A stretch of 64,000 bases of DNA. Source: Geosiphon pyriformis uo1 (Eukaryota > Fungi > Glomeromycota). A model generated the notes under the pieces. That model searched no databases. It saw only the letters and a list, made by a program, of their open reading frames with translations, and was not told the origin of the DNA. The stretch's first letter is position 1; the number at the start of each line of letters is the position of its first letter. Positions 16,397 to 27,635 of this stretch are shown here, in pieces. Location: NCBI GenBank assembly GCA_016748015.1, contig JAAOMT010000144.1:67809-131808 (forward strand). The letters are read 5' to 3'. The translations under genes were made by a program, and so were the position numbers.

Positions 16397-17749
16397 TTAT
16401 TCAGTTATTAAATTTTCATTCGTCTCCGAGCTCCGAACATTAATTAATGATAAATAAGTGTTCCATCCCAACGCTATAGTATTAACAACTAATAGCCGAT
16501 GTTGCAAGGGCACGAATCGAAAGTTAATAAGTTGGACTGCCGGCCAAAGTTTATAATTGTTGACCAGGGCGGATGGATATCCCTATTATGAGAACAAATA
16601 AGTTAGGATGGTAGAACATAAAACAATTAATTCGAAACATTTGAAATACCTTTTCCAACTTTTTTTTGATCGATTCAAGCTTTTGTCCCTCCATAATTCC
16701 TTGAGCAATAAAAAATATACCCATGAAGCATGGCGCGAAGAATATTTGATCCATTGCTACTCGGGTTACAAGTGCTTTTTTTGAAATTAGAATAAAAGTT
16801 AGGCTACATGAAAGAAGTTGACTTTTGAAAGTACGCTTCATTAAAAGTCCTAAGAATGTNNNNNNNNNNNNNNNNNNNNTGTTGCAAGGGCACGAATCGA
16901 AAGTTAATAAGTTGGACTGCCGGCCAAAGTTTATAATTGTTGACCAGGGCGGATGGATATCCCTATTATGAGAACAAATAAGTTAGGATGGTAGAACATA
17001 AAACAATTAATTCGAAACATTTGAAATACCTTTTCCAACTTTTTTTTGATCGATTCAAGCTTTTGTCCCTCCATAATTCCTTGAGCAATAAAAAATATAC
17101 CCATGAAGCATGGCGCGAAGAATATTTGATCCATTGCTACTCGGGTTACAAGTGCTTTTTTTGAAATTAGAATAAAAGTTAGGCTACATGAAAGAAGTTG
17201 ACTTTTGAAAGTACGCTTCATTAAAAGTCCTAAGAATGTTTTCATACATACCATTATTAGGATTTTTGATGGTCACGTAACGGTCCAAAACCCGATACCA
17301 ATTGGCGACAGCTGGACCCTGGGAATAAATCAATTTCGATAACCGTCTTAGTACTCAAATTTGTTAGGGATTTCGAGCGAAATTTCTATGCTAGACTATT
17401 CAGAATCAAAGTGAGCTTACCGCCAATATCGTACCGAAAGCTATCATTCTTCCGGTTCTTTTAAAATCATGCACATTTTTTCGTTCAATAATTTGCTGTG
17501 CAATTAAATCCCCTGTTCCAAATAAGATACCTTTAGGTATAAGAATATAAAGGTTATTGTGATTAAACTTACAACGGGAAAAAAGATCAGAAGATTAAGA
17601 CATAGTCAGATGATGATAAAAATTTATTCTAGAATATTCTTCTAATATTCGGAAGCAAAGAATCAAGAGAAAATACCAGTTCCGCAAGCTTGTGTAAAAA
17701 TCGGATATCGACTGAGAGCTTTGTTATAGAAGCGAATAAAGGAAGACAT
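16397..17749 (-). CDS. SYM1: Mpv17/PMP22 family membrane protein (SYM1-like), about 186 aa, 5 exons
   Basis: Exons 17749-17677, 17530-17421, 17318-17252, 17154-17030, and a last exon from 16962 (equivalent to 16582) to 16397 once the gap duplication is collapsed (561 nt). Motifs: [68 protein letters not shown]. Confidence 0.9.
16500..17239. other. Identical 360-bp duplication flanking a 20-N scaffold gap (assembly artefact)
   Basis: 16500-16859 is identical to 16880-17239, with Ns at 16860-16879. Confidence 0.9.
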
Positions 17750-18202
17750 TCTCATCCGGTTTGAGTATTAAGATGAGCCGTGGGTTAAAAACGATATTTA
17801 TAAAGATTTTAGGGTGTACTAAGTGCTACAACATATATTCATTTGATTTAAAAGTTCCAGGGAGAGTAGAAATTAAGTGTTCTAGCATTAAATAATATTT
17901 GATAGCAAATTTTTTGATCCCTGTGCTTTTTTAAATATTTACATTGAATGTAAAACGAGAATTTTATAAGCCTTTGTTCATGAATTCTAAAATCGGAACA
18001 AATTTTCTAAAAAAACAGTAATTATTGAAAATTAATTTTTTGCATCTTAAAAAATCTACGGTATTAATAATAGCTCATTAATTAATTTTAAAATCGATTT
18101 TTCACGAATTTTTGAACTTTTTTAAGATATTATCACTTAATATTTTTGATATTATAGCATAATATAACTATAAAATTCGAAAACGTGACTGAAACAGATT
18201 GA

Positions 18203-18902
18203 TTAAATCCTACGTGGCTTTTTCTTTTCTCTCACCACTACCTCTAAGCCTCGAACTTCACTCAACTCTCTTTTCAGCAATGACATCTCACGTAACAACA
18301 AACTATTCTCCCGATGTAACAACTCGATCTGGTTTCTGGCATCTTCCATTTCCTGTTTTGCTTTGTCTAACTCTGCACGCGTAGATGCTTTCTTGTGCTC
18401 TTGCACCGCAGCAACAGAATCTTGACGATTCAAATGAGTTTTCAGGATTTCTAGGAGTTCTGGAGTACTGAAGCGTGGTATGTGAGAGTTAAAGGTTTCT
18501 TGAGATGAGGAAGAGATCATTGTGGCGGTGGCCGNNNNNNNNNNNNNNNNNNNNGTAGGAAGCAAAAGAACCATTCTGTAAATTTTTTGGTATCGGTTCA
18601 GTTGATTTTCCAATACTATTTTCTTCGGCATTATTGGGAGACGAAAAGAAACGAACTGGTTTATTTTCATCAATCCATTGGAAAAATTTACACTTATCAT
18701 CATCGTCTTCTGTTCTAAATTTCGGACATCGCCAAAACCAACGACCAAAATTCTTCCCTTTTTTACTTGTTCGCCAGGCAATGGCTTCGAAATCACAATA
18801 ACATTCTGGTGAGTTAACAGTATCCGGTGCGAAATCGATTTGATGGGATGAAGAGGAATCGTTTTCGCCCGTAGATAATGAGGGTTTATTGTTATGGTTC
18901 AT
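18203..18902 (-). CDS. GRF-type zinc finger protein with C-terminal coiled coil (spans N-gap 18535-18553)
   Basis: PECYC...TSKKGKNFGRWFWRC...CKFFQWID fits the zf-GRF consensus. After the gap a heptad-rich segment (ELDKAKQEMEDARNQIELLHRENSLLLREMSLLKRELSEV) runs to the stop at 18203. The frame switch falls at the gap. Confidence 0.75.
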
Positions 18903-19519
18903 TTATTAGCTAACCTGATCTTATATATCATTCGAAGTTTTCGCAGTATAAGACTTGTCAAAGCAATTTAATTATTTTTGTGGGTCAAATGTCAAACAGA
19001 CGACGCTTTAATATACATATGTGGGAATCAATTGTTCTATCCTGTCCCCTTTATCTCGGCTTTCTTACATATCACAAATGACCGTCGAGACAATTGAGCT
19101 CCTGAATTGATTGTTGCAGTGGTGGGTCTGACACTAGTTTGACGATCAATTGCCAGATGGTGATTGTTGGGATGATGTGATAATGACCTAGATGAAAAGA
19201 GGTCAGAGGCCATGTGTCAATTCTCTTTAATATTAGGATATTCCGATCTGAAAAGCCAAAGGTTTACAAACATCCCATACCATCAATCTCGTAAACTTCA
19301 AAAAGATAATACAATTTTTAATTCTGAGCTTTGGAATATTTATTTGTGAATATGATTAGTTCATTTTCTTTAAACGGAATAAAGTTACATTCTCAGGTTT
19401 TCTATGAAACTGATGTATACCCTATGATAACAATTCGTTTTAAAAACCTCCCATTATGACTTTTCCAGAGTTTGAAGAATAAAGAAATAACAAGAAATTT
19501 CTCTCCATTTTACTATAGG

Positions 19520-20190
19520 AGTTGGAAGATGACTTGGATTTAGTTGCTCTTTGGTAGTATATCTAGAAATTGTGGAAGTATAGTTTGTAAAAGAAATCGA
19601 AATTAATTCATTTTAATAAATATTTCACCACCCAAAATAGTGATATTTCGAGACTCAAAATGAAAACATGCGACATATCGTAATTAGACTCTTATAAATT
19701 ACAACATTTCCAGAACTGCTTTTAAATTAGATATATATGATGATAACCATCGATTATGTTCCGGAATGAACTCAACATATCTATCAAAAATGTATTCGAC
19801 AAAAGGGACGTTTTTCGCACGATTTCTTAGTATCTGGGCATAGAATTGGAGTTAGGGCCTCCCACTGACTTTTTTCTCGTTGATGTAATCGTGCCAACCG
19901 CTATAAAAGCCAAGACCATGGACCAGTTCATGAAGAAGCACGAAAGAAAAGTCTATCTGGTCTGTTTTAATAGTTGTTGCATATTTTACATATTACATAC
20001 CAACCAAAGGTCTAATACCAGGCTCGCAACTTTTTGGATTATCCTCGCAAAATGAATGAAACTTTGCATTCACCCTAATTGGAACCTGAAAAGTTAATAC
20101 TAATCTGATATAATTCCCAGCAACCTCGAATGAATTCTCACATATTTTTTTATCTTTAATTCCACATTTAAAATTGATTTGAAACATCTT
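19520..20190 (-). pseudogene. Frameshifted remnant of a fungal HExxH (zincin-like) metalloprotease-family gene
   Basis: Minus-strand fragments in different frames: MFQINFKC...VPIRVNAKFHSFC (20187-19993); DQIDFSFVLLHELVHGLGFYSGWHDY (HExxH at 19932-19918); EALTP; FVEYIFDRY. They are separated by stops and frameshifts. Confidence 0.55.
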
Positions 20191-21074
20191 TGTTTTCGAT
20201 TTTCTAAAATTTTCGGTTGAATTATTATTTTGCCTAGAATCGCCTTAAGGAAAATATTGGTTTAATATCAGCCATAAATTTGCAAGCATTTTCTTTTGTG
20301 CCAGCATTTGAGGGTTTTAAGCATTGATCTGCTATTTGGGGATGGGTAGAAATGAATGATAATGTGAAAAATTAGGAAGAGTGAAGATAAAAGTTTTTTT
20401 GAAAAGTTAAAAGCGGGAAATCTTTGTTTCATTTTGAAGACTTTGAGTTTCCAATGAGCCAGATTATTTTTGAATAAGGCCTTCAGCTCGTAAAAATCTT
20501 CAAAAAACTTTTTCGCTTCTTCTCTTTTTATTTAACTTTTAAGTTATTAAATTCATTTCGATTTTTACAATAAAACTATTTTGAACCTTCTCAAAAATGC
20601 TAGTAATGTTATAATTTTTAGAAAAAACACTTTCCTTAAAGAATTTTTATTGTTGAAACACTTTTGATGCTGCTGTCATTGATTGTCTCTTAGCATATAA
20701 AAATAAAATTTATGTAATCGCTTAAACTGAAGCAATTAGATTATATCTATACAGGAAACAGTATTAAATAGTGTTTGAAGCTGGCATTTATATTAACGTT
20801 TCCTTTAAAGATCCAAAAAGTAAAATGAGAGATACTATGAAGACTAGATGTTTGTGCCCCACAAATTTAGAAAAATCTTGTTTTTTGCCTATCTATTGAT
20901 ATCCAATACTTAATCACAATCACTCGTCTAAATAATTAGTCATCAATTGTAAGAATTTATCAACAGATCATGGATGGATAAAAAGTTTCTTTGTTATTTC
21001 GAAATTCTTTTCAAATTTGATTTAGAAGAGCTCCTCTAATAACTTACAAAATCATCCCCAAGGGGTAAAACATA

Positions 21075-22733
21075 ATGTCTTCCCAAAGAGAAGGTGAAAA
21101 CGAAAGATTGATCCAGTCCGCAGAAATTTACTCTAATTACACGAACGACAGGGATATTAGGAAAAATGTCAAAGTACCAGCAATAATAGATGCTGGCGAG
21201 CCTGTAAACGATCAGACAATGGAATTTCAATTTAAGCAGCGTATGGCTATATATGTTGGCCTCGTTATGGCCATTTTTCTGGCTTCGCTAGACTCTACAA
21301 TCGTATCTACTGCTCTGCCCACAATTTCGTCGGAATTCAATGCATTATCTGATATCCCTTGGGTTGGTACAGCATATTTGTTAAGTTCCACGGCATCACA
21401 GCCACTCTATGGAAAGTTTTCCGATATCTTCGGGAGGAAGGCTTTATTCTTGTGCGCCATTTATGTTTTCTTGCTGGGTTCTCTGCTTTGTGGTGCTGCC
21501 CAAAGTATGATTATGCTGGTCATAAGTCGAGGTATCGCCGGGATTGGTGGCGGTGGTATCTATTCATTGGTAAATGTCATTATAGCAGACATAATCCCTT
21601 TACGAGAACGTGGCAAATACCAAGGAATTATTGGTGCAACGTTTTCACTCTCGTCAGTTGTTGGACCATTAATAGGAGGTGCGCTTACAGATAATCTGTC
21701 TTGGAGATGGGCTTTCTATATCAATATTCCAATCGGGATTGCAGCGATCATCGTGATTGTTAAACTTCTCAATCTGCCACATGTTCAAGGCTCATTAAAG
21801 GCAAAATTGTTACGCGTAGATTATTTCGGTACATTTATATTCGTAGTTGCTGTTGTATCAATTCTACTAACATTAAACTGGGGAGGGAATAAATACGAAT
21901 GGACTTCACCTGTGATAATCTTGCTTCTTTTGGCGGGTGCATTCTCAATATTGATGTTTATCTTTTATGAAGTTTACGTTGCTCCTGAACCAGTAATCAC
22001 CGGACGTCTTTTCAAAATTCGGAATCCGCTGGCTGTTTTTGCCTGCAATTTTACCACGGGCATAACTTTTTTGGGTCTTATATTTTATTTGCCAGTCTAC
22101 TATCAAGCTGTGAAAGGTGATGGTGCTATGGAAGCAGGATTGAGGTTAGCCCCACTTATGTTGGGTATAGTTATTACGTCAGCTGTATCTGGTTTCGTGA
22201 CCTCTTGGACAGGCTATTATCGAGGTTGGACCATTGTGGGCTATTCATTAATAGCGATTGGAACCGGTTTATTAACAACGTTCACCGAAAAAACTGATCG
22301 AATCCAAGAAATTATTTACATTTTAATCATTGGGGGTGGTTTCGGAGCTTCACTTCAAACATCTCTTATAGCAGCGCAAACATCGGTTAATTATAAAGAT
22401 GTTGCCGTCGTTACTTCTCTTACTGGATTTTTTCGATCAATTGGTGGAATAGTTGGAGTTTCTATTTCTGGATCAGCATTCCATTATATGTTAGAAAAGC
22501 GACTCGTCGAAATTCTACCACCAAACGTGTCATTAGAAAATGTTATGAATTCACTTTCCTATGTTCGAACCTTGCCCCTTGACGTTCAAGAACCGATTAT
22601 TCAATCATATATGTGTGCGCTACAATATGTATTTCAAGTCTTGACTCCTCCAGCTGTATTATCGGTTTTTATAAGTCTTTTTATAGAGCATATTCCTCTG
22701 CGAAGAACCTTGGGTCCAAGATCGAACGAATAG
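21075..22733 (+). CDS. MFS drug:H+ antiporter-2 (DHA2, 14-TMS) transporter, intronless, 552 aa
   Basis: Motif D1 LASLDSTIVSTALP, motif A GKFSDIFGRK, IPLRERGKYQG, motif C GPLIGGALT, WRWAFYINIPIG, many hydrophobic spans. Confidence 0.95.
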   Translation: MSSQREGENERLIQSAEIYSNYTNDRDIRKNVKVPAIIDAGEPVNDQTMEFQFKQRMAIYVGLVMAIFLASLDSTIVSTALPTISSEFNALSDIPWVGTAYLLSSTASQPLYGKFSDIFGRKALFLCAIYVFLLGSLLCGAAQSMIMLVISRGIAGIGGGGIYSLVNVIIADIIPLRERGKYQGIIGATFSLSSVVGPLIGGALTDNLSWRWAFYINIPIGIAAIIVIVKLLNLPHVQGSLKAKLLRVDYFGTFIFVVAVVSILLTLNWGGNKYEWTSPVIILLLLAGAFSILMFIFYEVYVAPEPVITGRLFKIRNPLAVFACNFTTGITFLGLIFYLPVYYQAVKGDGAMEAGLRLAPLMLGIVITSAVSGFVTSWTGYYRGWTIVGYSLIAIGTGLLTTFTEKTDRIQEIIYILIIGGGFGASLQTSLIAAQTSVNYKDVAVVTSLTGFFRSIGGIVGVSISGSAFHYMLEKRLVEILPPNVSLENVMNSLSYVRTLPLDVQEPIIQSYMCALQYVFQVLTPPAVLSVFISLFIEHIPLRRTLGPRSNE

Positions 22734-25700
22734 ACTCTATTAAAGATAGACAATGTGTTAACTATATTTAGAGTTCACTAAAGTAAGTTAGTGTTACTTG
22801 ACTTGAGATTTTCAAATAATGTGATTGGCTGAATCAAATCATTTATTGATCAATATAAAGATTTAATAATTGTATCAGTATTATCTTCTTATGGCTGGAG
22901 TTTGAATATATTCAAATATTTTGATCACCTTTTGACATTTCATATATGCAATAACATTCTGATATTATTAAATTTGGTTTTTTTTTCTGTTATTTTTGTA
23001 TTTATAGACATGGTTTTATTTACTTAAAATCTAGTCTTAATTTTTATTATTAATTAAGCATTTTAAATTTTTATTAATATCTAATTATTAGTTATTTGAT
23101 TTATTCAAATTAATATATGCAAATTGAATTTTGGACTTAAAAAATTTTGTTGAAAATTATAAAATTATTAAAATAGTCAATATTAAATATATTTAAAAAG
23201 TATAAAAATAAATATTAATATGATTATTGACTTAATTAATAACTTAATTATTAAATTAATTATTAATTCGATATTTAATTTAATTATTAATGTAATTACT
23301 AATTTGATTATTAATTTTTTTTTATAAATATATAATCAAAACTTCTTAAAACTGTAAAAATTTATTTATACTTGAATCAATTTATTTACACTCAGATCAA
23401 TTTATTTAAAACAAATATTAATACAATAATATTAACTTTTTTATTTTCTTTTCACTATTTTTTTCTTTTTTTTTTCTTGATTTGTATAATTTTTAGTTTT
23501 TATAAAATATATTGAATAAAAATTTACTAAAAAGTACAATTAATATCTATTATTAAATTTTAAAAGCACTAATATAAAACATAAAATTATATCAATTTGT
23601 TATTTTTCTGCTTTTACATTCTTTTGTTATTATTTAAAAAGAATAAAAACTGAAATATTTATAAGACTGATTTTACATATTGAATTCTTACTAATTTAAT
23701 TTGCTTATTAAAGTTGAATTACTTTTTTATTATTTTTATTTGCTATTTATTAGCATATTACTGATTATAACAATATAATAATAATAACAATAAAAACAAT
23801 AATTATAATAAGTAAAATTATTTAAAGTAAAAGATTTTTTAAAATAAATTAATTGAATTTTATATATAATTTAACTATAATTAAAAATAATTGATTAAAA
23901 AAGTAATTAACTAAAAAAATATTAATTAATTAATAAGATAATTAACTAAATTGTTATAATCAATCATTAAATTAATTAATTAATAATATATTTATATATG
24001 GCACAAAAATAATAATTTTATTTAAAAAATACTGTAATACTATTTATTTTTATATTAGTTTTATAATTATTTTATAATGTAAAAAAATATTGAGTTTTAA
24101 GTAATAATATGTAGAATTTTCTTTTTCATCAGTTTTGCATGGTAATAATGACTGGCAAATTAGATGCCTTGTTTGTTTTTATTAGTTATTAATTGTTTAA
24201 TAATCTTAAACTATCATTATTTATGATTTAATATGTATAATCAGAACTGTGTTTAAAGTATTAATTTAAATCATTTTGTATTGTAATAATATATGTAATT
24301 TAATATTATATTAATCAACAATGTTTGCTATAAATTATTAATTTTAAAAAAATGTGTTCATTTTTGATCAGTCGTTACCAAAGTTAAGCAAAATTATACA
24401 AGATTAAAAGTATTTTTTATTAACCTGATTACTTTTTTATGGTATAATGTACTTATTTCGAAAATTTATTAGAATCGATACAAAAAAATATTTCAACATT
24501 CAAGTATAAAAGTATGTAAAAATACATAATTACTAATATCTATTTTATTTTCAATATGAAAAGAAAAATATTCACACACTGTATTATGAAGAATTGGAAT
24601 TAACACAAAAACTTCAATAATAAATATTTAAAACCATAAAATGTATGTTAAGTCTAAAATACTAAATAATTTAAAACTAACTGGTAAATGGCTTTTTGGT
24701 GAAAGATGTTTTGAAAAACTTTATATACATAAATGCTTTTAAGACTTGGAATTTTCAACAAAATGTCTTAATCAATATTAAGTTAGAGTTTCGTATTTAA
24801 CTAATAGAGCCGTTATTTTATATAAATGACTCAAGAATGTACCAACAGATAATTATTTTTTAAATTTATTTAATAATAAATATTAACTGGTTTTTTCATT
24901 AAATATGTGAAACTAATAAGGTGAATAAAATTATAATAAAATTTAATCATAAATGGTTGCATTATGTACAGTATACATGTATTAACAAATGAAAAAGCAA
25001 GTAACCCTCTACTGTACTTTGTTTATTTCAAAAAAATTCGATGATTTGTGTTGAGAAGAAATTCTCAGCAAAAATCTTACATTTAGGAGCAAATCTTGAA
25101 CAACTTTTATTAGGTTATAACAATCTATGACAATTAGAAAAGCTTCTCCCAGGCTAAATCAATTTTTATAAGGAAAGATGCGTAGTTGAATTCCGGATGT
25201 TAATTCAGCAATTTCCCTGTGAATGACATGATTTCGTTTAAAATCCAAAAATAAACAAAAAAATTTGGTCTTTTCATACCCGCAAGAATGAGGAATTATT
25301 TTTGGGAAAAAAATATCAGACTTTTGAAGTCTAAATCCTTTGTAGACATATTAACGCAAAATAGAATTCCGAAGCCAAATATAACATGAAACATTAGAAT
25401 ATTGAAGCTCAATTTCCACAAAAGAAATTCCAGAAACAAAATTGGACAAAAAAAGAACAAAGCGCACTAAGATACAGGAATTTATTTTTCAGTCTCCTAT
25501 TCTTATATTATTTTTCAGTATATAAACTTACAATGAAAATTTTCCCTCAAAATTTTGGTTCTTTATTCAAAGATTGATGATTTTATTGTAATATTATTTG
25601 TTATAATTGATATAATATTATACAAATGAAATGGACTAATCTATTTAAAGAATTGAATTTACAGCGGTGGTTGATAAGATCTCTGTAAAAATTGAGATTT

Positions 25701-25887
25701 TGAAAGTTCCAACAACTGAAGCCCATTGATAATATAGTCTTTATTCAGGTATGCTATTCACAGACTGAAAATCACGCGTTTTCCATTGTAATATTTACAA
25801 AATGAGGAACTATCTATAATCAACACCCATGCTTTTTAACTGTGGCTTAGCCAAACAATTTGAAGGATCTGGCAATTACTCAATGGT

Positions 25888-27635
25888 TCAAACTCGAATC
25901 GCCATTCGTTTCAGCGTGATCTCATCCAATATCCGGCTAGTATAAACGGATTGCGGATGACGTACAAGAAAATTAAGTATATCTTGTCCGGGATCACCAA
26001 GAACCTTGATTCGTCGTGATTCAGCTTTATAAAATTCTTCCATCAATTCTACATCACTTTTTCGAAGCAATGCTCCATACCATTTACAAATTATCGCCAA
26101 TATATTATCGATTGAAAATCGTTCCTCTGGTATATGACCCCAATTAGCATGAATGAGTTCGAGATAGCCGTTTGGTATGCCGACTCCATAGGCAAGCTTG
26201 GGCCGTTTGCCTTCAATAATGGATTGCTTCAAATGTGAATCATGTGCAAATCCTGAAAATGGTAGTGACCCCGTCGAAATTTCATACATGACTATAGCGA
26301 AACTGTAAATATCTGCCGCCTGTGTATAAGCATCTTTACACCAGACTTCAGGAGCAATATATGGGACCAGCCCAAAAGGTGGTTGAAATTCCAATGGATC
26401 ATTTTCAGGTCCACGACACATGGCTAAATCGGTGATCATCGGAACGGTATTGTGCATCAATATATTGCCTGTGTTAAAGTCTCCATGTACTAAACCATAT
26501 TTGTGAAATAGTTGTAACCCTAATGCTATATCTTTGGTTAATCGAAGTTTTTCTTGCCAATTTAACAGTGTCCATTTTTGATCAAGGTATTCTCGTAACG
26601 TGCCATTATTTGCTAATTGGTAGACCAATTCATAACGCCGGGTTTCTTCATTCCATGTTACGCCATAACAACGAATCACATATTTTATTCCTCGTTCAAA
26701 GTCCTCACCCCTACTAGGATCAATAATTAATAAAAGATTGGCTTGAGTCTTTGAAAAAATGCTAATTCGACAAAACTTACCCAAATTCGTTAAATCTTTG
26801 TAGCCAAAGCTTAACAGCCCGGAGCTTTATTTTGACAGATTCATTTTAGTCTCGATATGGATGAAGTGTTTAACGCAATTGATAATTTAAAAACAGGCTA
26901 CCTCTTTGATGAAGAGTTTTTGACTTTTAAAAGACTTGATAGCCACTGTTGTTGGTCCATATCGTGGATAATTATCTCTTTGGACAGATTTTCTTGGGCC
27001 ATCAGCCCAGAGTGCTGCGCTTACACTTCCAGTTCCACCTTCACCAAGTACACCAGGAATACGCACCAAGCCATTTGCTGGAATCCATTCAAGGAATGCA
27101 ACTCTATTTCTTGTTTGAAATTGTGTTTCTTCAATGATTGAATTTATTTCGAGATTACCACTATCCCATTTTGGCCAATTTGTAATGAATTCTCGTTTTT
27201 CACATGCACCACACCAACCAATGTGACTTAAAGGTTGACGACAAAATCTACAAATTGTTCGACCAACTTCATCGTCTGATTTCCTAAGATAATTGGGCTC
27301 TGTTGAATGGAAAGATTCATGGTATAAAAAATTTGAATTGCAATACGATGTTCCCAATAATGTTTGGACAACTTACTTGGAAAATCTTGAGGGTGAGTGG
27401 TTTCAAAATCAGATTTTTCAGACATGGCGTGTTTTGAACTGATAAATGAAGAGCTAAAAGATGAATTTTCTTGGCGCGAAAACTTAAAGCAGTTCATGAA
27501 TGTGGACACACGCGAAAGTCGAAAATGGTATTTATGAAGTTTTTTGAGACCGAGTTTGGGAATTTTAATAGATTTCCACAAGGACTTTTTACTTTGAGAA
27601 CTCCTAAACTCGGTTTTACCGCTCATTTTGTGCAT
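25888..27635 (-). CDS. TKL-family protein kinase (non-RD) with N-terminal Cys4 motif, about 508 aa, 4 exons
   Basis: Exons 27635-27377, 27299-26902, 26824-26781 and 26713(or 26710)-25888 join in frame. Motifs: CRFC..WCGAC, WDSGNLEIN, EWIP, GEGGTGSV, VAIK, HGDFNTGNIL, ITDLA, PYIAPE, ADIYSF. Confidence 0.88.

Noticed and set aside
16500-17239. Apparent tandem exon duplication, or two Mpv17 genes
   Set aside because: The copies are identical and abut a 20-N gap, as expected from an unmerged contig overlap. Collapsing them gives a normal 186-aa protein.
18489-18796. Programmed frameshift in the zf-GRF gene
   Set aside because: The frame switch coincides with an N-gap whose length is only an estimate.
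24967-25016. TA-CAGTA...TACTG-TA mini inverted repeat
   Set aside because: Only about 8 bp of complementarity, which is expected by chance in AT-rich DNA.
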